Assembly: GCA_035623355.1 (NCBI GenBank)
Contig: DASPTP010000028.1
Location: forward strand, 320-64,319
Source: Burkholderiaceae bacterium
GTDB lineage: Bacteria > Pseudomonadota > Gammaproteobacteria > Burkholderiales > Burkholderiaceae_F
DNA: 64,000 nt
Direction: 5' to 3'
In this document: one piece after another, positions 40,967-49,877 of the stretch
How the letters are laid out: each line of letters opens with the position of its first letter
Numbering within the stretch: position 1 is the first letter of the stretch
The notes under the pieces: model-generated
Database searches by the model: none
Told to the model about the DNA's origin: nothing
The model's input: only the letters and a program-made list of their open reading frames with translations
Translations under genes and position numbers: made by a program

Positions 40967-41691
40967 CAGGTCTGCAAGAAAGTTCGCGTTGCGCCGTCAA
41001 GAACCAGGCAGGTGAGGGTCCCGGTTCGGTACGCCCCGGTATCGATGCCAATCCGATTGTGCCGCACCACGGGCTGCTCGGTGATGTTGTGACCGTGCAC
41101 AACAACGCATCCATGGTCGGCGTTCGACGCCAAAAAGGCTTCCCGCATCCAGATGCAATCGACGGCGCTTTGCCGCTCCAGCGGCACGCCCGGTCGAATT
41201 CCCGCATGGACGAAAAAGTAACCCCCCGCCCGATGCGCGCATTGCAGGGAACGAAAAAAATTCAAATGCTCCAGGGGAATCGCTGCGACAAAGCGCTCGC
41301 GTAGCCGGGCCAAATCGGCGTCATCGCGTGCACCCGAATCGAGGGGCGACACACCGTAATGGGTCAGCGCATCCATTCCCTCGTGCTCGAACCAAAATCG
41401 CGCCGCGTCAAAGTCTCCTTCCAGAAAGCGCAACAGAGAGTCTTCGTGATTGCCTTTCAGAAAAACTTGCGAAAACCCGACCAGCGGAGAGGTCAGGATC
41501 CTGTTGATCACGCGGTGCGAATCGATGCCGCGACTGACATAATCCCCGACGTAGACGACTTGGCGGTGCGCCGCTTGACGCCGACGTGCGTCATCAATGA
41601 TTCGCTCCGACATTTCTGCAAGCAAATCGTGCCGACCGTGGATATCGCCGATGGCGTAGACCGCCCAGTCCGGCGGCGTCGTGGCAATCAC
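40966..41691 (-). CDS. Calcineurin-like metallophosphoesterase (PPP/PphA type)
   Basis: GDIHG, GDYVSRG, GNHE, VHAG, VVHGH, IGIDTG; GTG at 41691 overlaps the ubiX stop (GTGA). Confidence 0.88.
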   Translation of the reverse strand: MIATTPPDWAVYAIGDIHGRHDLLAEMSERIIDDARRRQAAHRQVVYVGDYVSRGIDSHRVINRILTSPLVGFSQVFLKGNHEDSLLRFLEGDFDAARFWFEHEGMDALTHYGVSPLDSGARDDADLARLRERFVAAIPLEHLNFFRSLQCAHRAGGYFFVHAGIRPGVPLERQSAVDCIWMREAFLASNADHGCVVVHGHNITEQPVVRHNRIGIDTGAYRTGTLTCLVLDGATRTFLQT

Positions 41692-42293
41692 CCGGCAACG
41701 CGCAGGACCTTTTTGGGCATCTCCTCGCGGGAGTGGCCGGCCCAACGGCGAAACAGATTGTGCTCAATGCCTACGTGGTCGAGGGCCTTGCCAATGCTCT
41801 GGTGGATGAGGTCCATGATCGACTGCGGTTGGTGATAAAACGCCGGCATCGGCGGAAGAATCACCGCGCCGCAATCCGCGGCACGCGTCATCAGTTCGAG
41901 GTGACCCTTATGCAGCGGAGTCTCCCGCACCATGAGCACCAACTTGCGACCTTCCTTGAGCTGCACGTCGGCGGCACGCACCACCAAGTTGTAGGCAAAC
42001 GAGTTGGCGACCGCCGAAAGAGTCTTAATGGTGCACGGCGCGACAATCATCCCAAGAGTGCGAAACGACCCGCTGGCCACGGCCGCTCCGACGTCCTTGT
42101 TGTTATAGACGACCGAAGCAAGCGACCGAACTTCGTCAATTGAGACGTCGGTTTCAATCGCCAGGCTCATTCCGGCGGCCTCACTCAGAATGAGGTGCGT
42201 CTCTTGTCCCAAGTCTTTGAGAACACGCAACATCTCAACGCCGTAGATCACGCCGGTTGCGCCTGTGATTGCCACGATAAGAGGGGGACTCAT
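41688..42293 (-). CDS. ubiX: Flavin prenyltransferase
   Basis: AITGATG, ASGSF, APCTIKTLS, RAADV.LKE.R.LVL..RETP, PPMPAFY. Confidence 0.95.
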   Translation of the reverse strand: MSPPLIVAITGATGVIYGVEMLRVLKDLGQETHLILSEAAGMSLAIETDVSIDEVRSLASVVYNNKDVGAAVASGSFRTLGMIVAPCTIKTLSAVANSFAYNLVVRAADVQLKEGRKLVLMVRETPLHKGHLELMTRAADCGAVILPPMPAFYHQPQSIMDLIHQSIGKALDHVGIEHNLFRRWAGHSREEMPKKVLRVAG

Positions 42294-42327
42294 TGCCAAG
42301 CTCCTGGCGCACTGGGCGCGATCGGAA

Positions 42328-43011
42328 TCACGCGGCCAGCGCAGCGGGTTGCGCCTCGGTCGATTCGATGACCGCAAAGCCCGCTGCCTCCAGCGCCGCC
42401 GTAACGTCCCTGCTCTCTACCCCGTGCAGGCGCAAGATGACCTTTTTCACGGGGTATTCCCCGCGTTCCGGACTCGTGTCGCGTCCGACGGGGTAGATCG
42501 CCTGCACAATCGCGCCAGCGGCTTCCGCAACATCGACGATTCGACCAAGCACCCCCGGGCCCAGGACAATGGGCGCCAACGTCACGCCGCTGCGCCGCTC
42601 CCACGCCCCCAACAGATGAGAGGCCAGCTGGAAAATTTCGTTGGCCGAAATGATGCCGACGACCTGGTCGCCTTCCATGACCGGCAGCTGCGCCACGCCA
42701 TGCTCTCGCCCCACGAACAGGCAGTGCTCCATGGTATCGCTGGCGCGAACCGTCGCCGGATTGCGCACCATGATGTCTCGCACTTTCAAGCGGGTCACGA
42801 AGAAATTAAATTCGTCCGGATTCTGGGTGCGCATCACGAAGTGACCAACGCGCAGCAGATTGGCACGCGTGACAAGCCCGCGCAGCTTGCCGTCGTCGAC
42901 TACCGGCAGGGCGTGCAGTTGGTTCTCGCTGAGAACTCTTTTGGCCTCGGACACCAGCATATCGCTGGGTATGAGGATCGGGTCGGTCTGCATCCAGTTT
43001 CGTACGATCAT
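42328..43011 (-). CDS. ppsC: Phenylphosphate synthase gamma subunit (tandem CBS plus ACT-like domain)
   Basis: MIVRNWM, LPVVDDGKLRGLVT, VRDIM, LPVM....VVGIIS; located in the pps operon. Confidence 0.8.
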   Translation of the reverse strand: MIVRNWMQTDPILIPSDMLVSEAKRVLSENQLHALPVVDDGKLRGLVTRANLLRVGHFVMRTQNPDEFNFFVTRLKVRDIMVRNPATVRASDTMEHCLFVGREHGVAQLPVMEGDQVVGIISANEIFQLASHLLGAWERRSGVTLAPIVLGPGVLGRIVDVAEAAGAIVQAIYPVGRDTSPERGEYPVKKVILRLHGVESRDVTAALEAAGFAVIESTEAQPAALAA

Positions 43012-43028
43012 CGGGCGTCTCCGATGTG

Positions 43029-43583
43029 TTAGCCCACCAAATAGCCAGCGTGATTTGCCATCGCCAGCGCGGCGATCGTCATGGCGTTGTCGATATCTCC
43101 ACAGGCAACGCGCGAGCCGATTTTCGTGGCCTCGATCAGCTCGACTTCGATGTCCTCGCCGCTATCCGGGGTGGGCGAGCGGATCGAATGCAAACCGCGG
43201 GCAAGAAATATGTGCAGGCGGTTCGAAAGTAGCGCCGGTTGCGGTCGAAGAGCACCGAGCCAGATAAACTCGCCTCCGCCATAGCCGGTTTCTTCCGCGA
43301 GCTCCCGTGCCGCCCCGGCCTGGACGGCTTCGTTCGACTCTTCGTGTAAACCCCCGGGACACTCGAGACTCATCCGTCGCGAGCCGTGCCGATATTGCCG
43401 AACCAAAACGAGCTCTCCTTGCGTCGTCAGCGCAACCACGAGCAACCAGTCAACCATGTGCACGACATAAAAATCGCGTTCGCCGCCGGTACGCGGTGAT
43501 CGCGCGCGATCGCGCGTCACCTGAAACAGCCCGGCATCATAGACCGGCTTGGAGGCAATGAGTGGCCAGTCACAAAGCGTCAT
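43029..43583 (-). CDS. Nudix hydrolase (NudF/ADP-ribose pyrophosphatase-like)
   Basis: RQYR, E.PGG......E....GAARELAEETGY Nudix box; ATGA overlap with the upstream gene. Confidence 0.9.
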   Translation of the reverse strand: MTLCDWPLIASKPVYDAGLFQVTRDRARSPRTGGERDFYVVHMVDWLLVVALTTQGELVLVRQYRHGSRRMSLECPGGLHEESNEAVQAGAARELAEETGYGGGEFIWLGALRPQPALLSNRLHIFLARGLHSIRSPTPDSGEDIEVELIEATKIGSRVACGDIDNAMTIAALAMANHAGYLVG

Positions 43584-44833
43584 GCCGCCACCTTTGCGCC
43601 AACGCCGCCGTACAGGCGAACGAACTCCTCGACCGCGACTTGGGCAAATTCCGTCGTGTACAGATGCAGATCGACCTCCTTGACGCGGGCCGGATTCGCG
43701 AGCTGTTCCTTCAGGCGAGCGACAAACGCCGCGTCGGCGGCCGCGTCAAAGATGGGCCGCCCGGGTTTGTCGAGCGACGACCACCCTTGCATGGGAACAA
43801 GAAAGGTCCAGGGGCCACGCGCCCGGTTGAGTCGCTCGGCGATCACATCGGCGGCCTGCCGCAGTTCCTGCGCGCTGGTACGAACCTGGACCCGCAAGGC
43901 ATCTTGCACGTACTGAACCCTGCCTTTGGTCTGTTCGAGTTTGTCGGCGCGGCCGCCATAGGACAAGATGTCCAGTCCGCACGGCGCAAGCACCATCGGG
44001 ATTCCCGTGTCGACGGCGGCAAGCAGGCGATCGGGGCCCGGATCACGGTTGCCCTGGAACAGATGCTCGATGATGCCCCCGATGCAAATGTCGAGGACTC
44101 CGCAGAACACCCCGTCGCGAATCATCTCCTCCATCGCTTTGTCGCCCTTGCCTTGCGCGTGACAGACGACCGGGGTAAAGCCCGCCGCTTCGAGCAAACC
44201 AAGTGCGGTCTGCACGGCCATCTCGCCAAATCCGAACGAGGAAACCGCAACGCACGGCTTGTCAAAGTGGATGTTAGTTCCCTGCGTCATCTCGACCATG
44301 CCGCAGATTGCACCGACTGCGTTGATGATCTGCGCCCGAAGCAGGGGATTCATTTTCACGATATCGAGCACCGTGTGGTGCATGGTGATATCGCGCGTCC
44401 CGACATATTTGTCGATGTACGCCGGATGGGCCGCCATCGGCGAGGCCATGAGCTTGGGCATGCCAAAAGGCAGCTGTTTCATAATCGAAGTCGCAACCAG
44501 TGTCGCGGTACCGCCGCCAATTCCGATTACACCGTGTACCGACCCCTGCCGCACAAGATCCCCGACTATCGCGGCGGCTCCGCGGATCTGATTGTTGGTG
44601 GCCGTGTCGCGATCCGATCGGTACTTCTCGCGTACGACCTCAATCGGCAGCCCGCCCCGCGCCGCGACTTCCTCGGTGCGAATATCGCCGGCGAACGGCG
44701 GGGGTTCTTCCATACTGAAGTCAAGCAAGATGGGGGTGTGACCGCGATCGGCGATCATTTTCTTGACGAACACGATGTCTTCGCCCCGCGTATCGAGGTT
44801 ACAGATAATGACGATGCCCTTTTTATTGGTCAT
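43580..44833 (-). CDS. Tm-1-like / UPF0261 ATP-binding protein
   Basis: LDTRGE, GIGGGTAT, M..LPFGMPKLM.S, Y.GTRD, HA.G.G..AME, GPDRL, APCGLD, GWSSLD. Confidence 0.8.
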   Translation of the reverse strand: MTNKKGIVIICNLDTRGEDIVFVKKMIADRGHTPILLDFSMEEPPPFAGDIRTEEVAARGGLPIEVVREKYRSDRDTATNNQIRGAAAIVGDLVRQGSVHGVIGIGGGTATLVATSIMKQLPFGMPKLMASPMAAHPAYIDKYVGTRDITMHHTVLDIVKMNPLLRAQIINAVGAICGMVEMTQGTNIHFDKPCVAVSSFGFGEMAVQTALGLLEAAGFTPVVCHAQGKGDKAMEEMIRDGVFCGVLDICIGGIIEHLFQGNRDPGPDRLLAAVDTGIPMVLAPCGLDILSYGGRADKLEQTKGRVQYVQDALRVQVRTSAQELRQAADVIAERLNRARGPWTFLVPMQGWSSLDKPGRPIFDAAADAAFVARLKEQLANPARVKEVDLHLYTTEFAQVAVEEFVRLYGGVGAKVAA

Positions 44834-44892
44834 TTTGTAATTCTCTGGCTCGAAAGGCAGGTGGCCGGTGGCTCGAAGTCACCGGCCAGAAT

Positions 44893-46407
44893 TTACGAAG
44901 CGCTCTTTGTCGCCTTTGCCTCCGGTCGCGTCAGACGCCCGATCATGCCGGCAACGGGACTGGGTCCCTGAAAGCCGTACTCGTTCCAGCGATCCGAGAC
45001 CTTCTGCAAGACCGCGCGATCCATGAAAATTTCGTTTGGCCGGTTTTTCCATTCGAAGGGAGTGCAGGCATCGAGCAAAATGCGGCTGGTAATGTCGCGT
45101 GCCTCGATCGGCAGTCCCGGATCCAGCGGTGTCGAACGGCCCCGGTCGATAATCTGGGCGGAGCGTTTTGGGTCAAAGCGCGTGGCCAGTGCCCACCAGA
45201 TCCGGTCCCAATCGTCGGCCTCAATGTCGTGGTCGACGGTGATGACCCCCTTGACTCCGTAGTGACCGGTGGTGCTGGCAATCACGGCGTTGCCGACGTG
45301 GTTCGAATGGCCGGGGTACATCTGCTTGACCGAGACCACAACCCAAAACCGGCCGCAAGCTTCCGGCGGGATGTACACGCTTTGGATGCCCGGGACCTTC
45401 ATCGTTTCTAGGTCATGCCAAAGTGTGGCAGTGCGATTGAGCGACTGGATCATATGAATGTCGTTGATCGGCTTGCCCACCGTAGTCGACCACATCACCG
45501 GCTTGTTACGGTGAAGAATCCGCTTTATGCGCAAAACCGGTTTGGGAAAATCCTTGAGCTTGTTGCCCGAGTAATACCCGGTGTATTCGCCAAACGGCCC
45601 TTCCTCCATCAGTTCGTTGGGATCGATCCATCCCTCGGCGATGATTTCGGCATTTGCCGGGAGCGTCAACCCCGTAAGGTCGGACTTAAAGACCGGCACC
45701 GGACGGCCACGCAGTGAGCCGGCAACATCGTACTCATCGACCTGGGCACTGACCAAAGTGGAAGCGGCGAGGAAAAGCACCGGGTCGCAGCCAACGACTG
45801 CCGCCGCCGGCATGAGTTGTCCGCGCTCCTGATACTTCTTCATGTGCATGTCGCCGTGCTTGCCTTTAATAATCTGGGAACCCAAGATGTCCTTGCCCAG
45901 AACCTGCGAGCGATACGTACCCAGATTGGTCCAGCCGGTGTCCGGGTCCTGGGTTACCAGATAGCCCGACGTTACGAAAAAGCGCCCGCCGTCATCCGGA
46001 TAGAACCAAGGTGACGGAAACTTCTCGATGTCAATGGCGTCGCCCTCGATGACGTTTTGCATCACCGACGGATTGTCAACCAACGTCGGCTTGATCATTT
46101 TTTTTGTCGTCAGTTCCATCCACTTTTTCGCCAACCCACTCATCGACAGCGAAGGATCCTGCTCGAGCGCGATGGCCAGTCGCTGCGTAGTGGTAAACGC
46201 ACTGGTGAACACCGGGATCTTGTAGCCTTTGACGTTCTCGTACAGCAATGCCGGGCCTTTTTGCTCCTCGTTGACCTTGGAAATGTGACAAAGCTCGTAC
46301 TTCCAGTCCACTTCCGCCTTTACGTGGTGCACCAGCCCGTGAGCCTCGAGGGCGTCGATGTAGCTGCGCAAATCGTCGATCGGTCTCACTTGTGCCCGTG
46401 CATCCAT
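44893..46407 (-). CDS. ppcB: UbiD-family phenylphosphate carboxylase beta subunit
   Basis: EVDW..E, GPALL.ENVKGY, DGGR, NLGTYR, EGPFGEYTGYY, GRFW.VVSVKQ.YPGH, RGRSTPLDP; adjacent to ppsAB. Confidence 0.85.
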   Translation of the reverse strand: MDARAQVRPIDDLRSYIDALEAHGLVHHVKAEVDWKYELCHISKVNEEQKGPALLYENVKGYKIPVFTSAFTTTQRLAIALEQDPSLSMSGLAKKWMELTTKKMIKPTLVDNPSVMQNVIEGDAIDIEKFPSPWFYPDDGGRFFVTSGYLVTQDPDTGWTNLGTYRSQVLGKDILGSQIIKGKHGDMHMKKYQERGQLMPAAAVVGCDPVLFLAASTLVSAQVDEYDVAGSLRGRPVPVFKSDLTGLTLPANAEIIAEGWIDPNELMEEGPFGEYTGYYSGNKLKDFPKPVLRIKRILHRNKPVMWSTTVGKPINDIHMIQSLNRTATLWHDLETMKVPGIQSVYIPPEACGRFWVVVSVKQMYPGHSNHVGNAVIASTTGHYGVKGVITVDHDIEADDWDRIWWALATRFDPKRSAQIIDRGRSTPLDPGLPIEARDITSRILLDACTPFEWKNRPNEIFMDRAVLQKVSDRWNEYGFQGPSPVAGMIGRLTRPEAKATKSAS

Positions 46408-46451
46408 GCTGACTCCTTTCTACTCTTCCCTATCGGGTTGTTGATCGTTCG

Positions 46452-47579
46452 CTACGAAATCCGTCTGCCGGTAAGCATCCCGACCAGGATGTAATCCATC
46501 GCGGAGGTGCCGGGACTGGCCACCGGCGCCTGACGCTTTTCACTCCACGCCGTTTCCGGTCGTGCCTGCAAGATGAAAATGTTCCCGCCTGCCGGCAGAT
46601 CCTTATCCACCGCCCACTCGATGTCCATCGGCCGGCCATAGTGCTTTTCGATTTGCTTTCCCATCCACGCGAGTTCGGTGATTTCATCGTCAATCAACGA
46701 CTGCACCATCTGCCGCTCGAGTGGCACTTCCATTGCCTTGGACTTTTGCTCCTTGGCGTCAACGGTGTAGCAAATCTCCTTCTGCGAGATCGTCCGGTCG
46801 ATGATGTCGAGCGTGACCTTGTTGACGACGAAATGGTCGGGCGTCACCTCGCCCGAAACAACCGACTCGCCGAAGCCGAAGTTTGAATCGATCACAATGA
46901 CCGAGCGATCACCGTTGGTCGGATGGACGGTGAACATCACGCCAGCCGTAAACGAGTTGGCCATCTTTTGAACACCAACGCTAATCGCCACCGACGATTC
47001 GTCAAATCCGCGGTTGGCGCGGTAGGCCATCGCGCGCCCCGTATACAGACTCGAAATGCAGCGCCGCACGTGCCGCAGTACCTCGTCGATTCCGCGAATC
47101 CACAAGTAGGTGTCCTGTTGGCCGGCAAAGCTCGCTCCGGCCAGGTCCTCGGCCGTCGCGCTCGAGCGCACCGCGACGGGCACCGCGGGGACAGCGCAGC
47201 GCAGCCCGAGCTTGCGGTAGTGCTCGGCAATCACGTCCTCCATTTCCAGGGAAAAAGGCTGCGCTTCGATGGTGGCACGAATTTCCACGCTGAGCCGCTC
47301 GAGCGCGTCGAGATCCTCCATGTCGATTCCCGCAAGCAAGGACTGCACCTGGCGGTCAATCCGCGTCTGCGCCATGAAGCGTCGATAGCCCTCCGTGGTC
47401 AGAGCAAAGCCGGGGGGCACGCGCACTCCGGCGTTGATCAATTCGCCGAGCGACGCACACTTGCCGCCAACAAGCGGGACCGAGTCCTTGCGACAGGACT
47501 CGAACCAGCAAATCAGCGGCAAGTCCGTCTGCGGCGCGTCAGTCGCGGAGGCAACCAAGTTATCTGCCGCGCCCCTCAT
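46452..47579 (-). CDS. ppsB: Phenylphosphate synthase beta subunit (PEP synthase ATP-grasp part)
   Basis: VGGK.ASLGEL, VPPGF, VAVRSSATAEDL..ASFAGQQDT, GESVVSGEVTPD, DIEWA, LQARPET; no His domain. Confidence 0.9.
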   Translation of the reverse strand: MRGAADNLVASATDAPQTDLPLICWFESCRKDSVPLVGGKCASLGELINAGVRVPPGFALTTEGYRRFMAQTRIDRQVQSLLAGIDMEDLDALERLSVEIRATIEAQPFSLEMEDVIAEHYRKLGLRCAVPAVPVAVRSSATAEDLAGASFAGQQDTYLWIRGIDEVLRHVRRCISSLYTGRAMAYRANRGFDESSVAISVGVQKMANSFTAGVMFTVHPTNGDRSVIVIDSNFGFGESVVSGEVTPDHFVVNKVTLDIIDRTISQKEICYTVDAKEQKSKAMEVPLERQMVQSLIDDEITELAWMGKQIEKHYGRPMDIEWAVDKDLPAGGNIFILQARPETAWSEKRQAPVASPGTSAMDYILVGMLTGRRIS

Positions 47580-47590
47580 CGCCGTCCCCC

Positions 47591-49426
47591 TCAGCGTGCT
47601 ATCGAGACTGCACCAGTGGAGCCATCGACTCGGACCGTCATGCCCGTCTTGATGACTTTTGTCGCGTGTCCGGTGCCCACGACCGCCGGCATACCGTACT
47701 CGCGGCAGACGATTGCGGCGTGGCTCATGACTCCCCCCACATCGGTGATGCAAGCACCGATCTTGGCAAACGCCGGCGCCCAAGAAGGCGACGTCGTCGG
47801 GGCAACGAGAATTTCACCCTGCCGCAACTGACCGACCTCGTTGACCGTCCGGCAGACACGTGCCTTTCCTTCGACTACGCCGGGACTGCCCGCAAAGCCT
47901 TTAAGCTGCGTAATGGTGTTGGGGTCGGCCGATTCTTGCACCGAGGCCCAGTCAGCCAACGACTTGTTCGTTACGCCCCACAGGACGATCGCGAAGGGAT
48001 CTTGAATGACCTCGGGCGCGGTACCGATCGCGGGCGGCGCGCTCCATTCGCTGAACTTCTTCATGACGCCCTTGCGCCATTCGATCTCCGGGGGCCAGGT
48101 CTTTGCGCCGCGAGGCTTGACGCCCGTCGCCCATGCCGTGACGACGTCCCACAACGCCAACTTGATTTCGTCGCGACGCAGCAACCAGACATCCTCGACG
48201 TCAGCGATTACGCCGTGTTCGTGCAAGATGGCCGCAACCTCGCGGACCTTGTTCCAGAACACCGAATGAAACCAGTGCTCGACGTAAAACAGGTGGTTTT
48301 CGACATAGGGAAAGACGGTCTTTGAGCAGCCCAGCAGCTCGTCGAACTGCTTGCGGTCCTCCTCCTTCTCGATCAGCCCTCGATATTCGGCGGTGATCCG
48401 GTCACGTTCGGCCCGAACAGCCTCGGTCGGCCGCTCGATGTTCTCGCCCTGTCGGAGCTTGCCGATGTAGGTAGCGATTCCCGAGAGCGGCACGTTCATC
48501 TGGTCGTTCCATGACCGGTCGTGGTGGAACCATCCGGTCCCCGTCGAGACGTTGAACCAGGGCTCGCGGGCCAGGTCCAGCGCAGCAAGCCATTTGACCC
48601 CTTCGGGCATGGTCTTGAGGGCGGCCTCTACCTTGGTCCACTCCGTGCTCGAAGTGACCGCGCCATCGACGCCGAGCTCGATGGCCTTGCGGGCCAGTTT
48701 CTTTAGTTCCTCGTCGGGCTGGTACATGATGACGTCGATGCCCGAGATCATCTGGGTCACGCGCCCCGCCGGAATGTTGGGGAACAGCTTTTGAGCAAAA
48801 TCGAGGAAGTTCACGTAAGCGAGGTAGCCGAGATTGAGAAACTCAAAGTGGTACTGCCAGCACTTGATGCCCAGGTTGATCAAGTCATCGTAGCTTTTTA
48901 ACAGCTGATAGCCCTTGGACTCACCCAAGGCGTCGGTGACCACCGACAAATCCTCCATATCTTGCAGTCGTGGAATGCGCACGGCCTCGAGTTCGCGGAT
49001 TGTCGCTTCCATCTTGACCTTCCACTTGGCCTCCAGCGCGTCCCAGTTCTTGTAGTAGTAGCCCGCGCGCTCCATGAAATTCGGCACACGCCGACCGATT
49101 TCCTCGGGATCCTTGACCGGCAAAGTTGAGACGTAGACGTAGCCGTTGATGATCCGGTGGTCCAGTCCGTGCACCGGCGGCAGCATGAAGATTCGATTGT
49201 TGTACTGCGATAGCGCCAAATACCAGGCTTCGTCCCAGATCGTGTCAAACGGATACAGCGGTTCAGGGTAATGAAGTCCGTCGTAGAACCAGAAGGTGTC
49301 CTTCTCGTATTGGTGCCGCTCCGGATCGTCGCGGACAAACTGGTACTGGTACGGGTACATCCGTTCCCAGCCTTCGGTGCCGGGTATCGTCTTTGCCTTG
49401 ACATCATGCGGAACCGGAAACTTCAT
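47591..49426 (-). CDS. ppsA: Phenylphosphate synthase alpha subunit (phospho-His domain)
   Basis: MKFP.PH, GWERMYPY, HYPEP.YPFD, HFEFLNLGY, C-terminal GGVMSHAAIVCREYG. Confidence 0.92.
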   Translation of the reverse strand: MKFPVPHDVKAKTIPGTEGWERMYPYQYQFVRDDPERHQYEKDTFWFYDGLHYPEPLYPFDTIWDEAWYLALSQYNNRIFMLPPVHGLDHRIINGYVYVSTLPVKDPEEIGRRVPNFMERAGYYYKNWDALEAKWKVKMEATIRELEAVRIPRLQDMEDLSVVTDALGESKGYQLLKSYDDLINLGIKCWQYHFEFLNLGYLAYVNFLDFAQKLFPNIPAGRVTQMISGIDVIMYQPDEELKKLARKAIELGVDGAVTSSTEWTKVEAALKTMPEGVKWLAALDLAREPWFNVSTGTGWFHHDRSWNDQMNVPLSGIATYIGKLRQGENIERPTEAVRAERDRITAEYRGLIEKEEDRKQFDELLGCSKTVFPYVENHLFYVEHWFHSVFWNKVREVAAILHEHGVIADVEDVWLLRRDEIKLALWDVVTAWATGVKPRGAKTWPPEIEWRKGVMKKFSEWSAPPAIGTAPEVIQDPFAIVLWGVTNKSLADWASVQESADPNTITQLKGFAGSPGVVEGKARVCRTVNEVGQLRQGEILVAPTTSPSWAPAFAKIGACITDVGGVMSHAAIVCREYGMPAVVGTGHATKVIKTGMTVRVDGSTGAVSIAR

Positions 49427-49508
49427 GGGATGCCTCCTTGTGGTCGTTGATGCTGTCTTTTGGCGCCGGACCCCGACGGTTCGCGACAGCGGCAGTAAGA
49501 CACTACCC

Positions 49509-49523
49509 GCAAATGCCGTGCCA
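49509..49523 (-). promoter_or_regulatory. Sigma54 -24/-12 promoter of the pps operon
   Basis: Minus strand TGGCACGGCATTTGC (GG-N10-GC), about 80 nt upstream of ppsA; a sigma54 activator gene is divergent. Confidence 0.85.
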
Positions 49524-49655
49524 ACAAGGCCCTCCCGCGGCGCTGTCCGGGCCAGCGGTCCTGCAAATGGCCGTCACGCTTGCGCGCAGCCAAATGCTGC
49601 GGGCGCACAAGACGATCCCAGCGCGGCATTCCCACTCCCGGCTCCTGGTCGAGGC

Positions 49656-49712
49656 TTGATCATTCGGCAACATTGCTCGACTCTGGCCAGGCAATTTTGA
49701 TCTTTTGATCAA
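49656..49712. promoter_or_regulatory. XylR/DmpR-type upstream activating sequences
   Basis: TTGATCTTTTGATCAA (49697-49712) resembles the palindromic TTGATCAATTGATCAA; weaker TTGATCATTCGGCAAC at 49656. Confidence 0.65.
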
Positions 49713-49877
49713 CTGGGCGTGACCGCAGCGTGCGCTGCGCGAGTCACTGGCGCGCGGTCAGGCGTGTTGGCCCAGCGCAGGCGTTCCGAGACGCGCTTTA
49801 GCGTGCAGCCGAGGCAAAAAAGACTAGACTTGCCCTTCGAAAAAGCAGAGGGACTCCCGGGAGTGGGAACGACGCCC

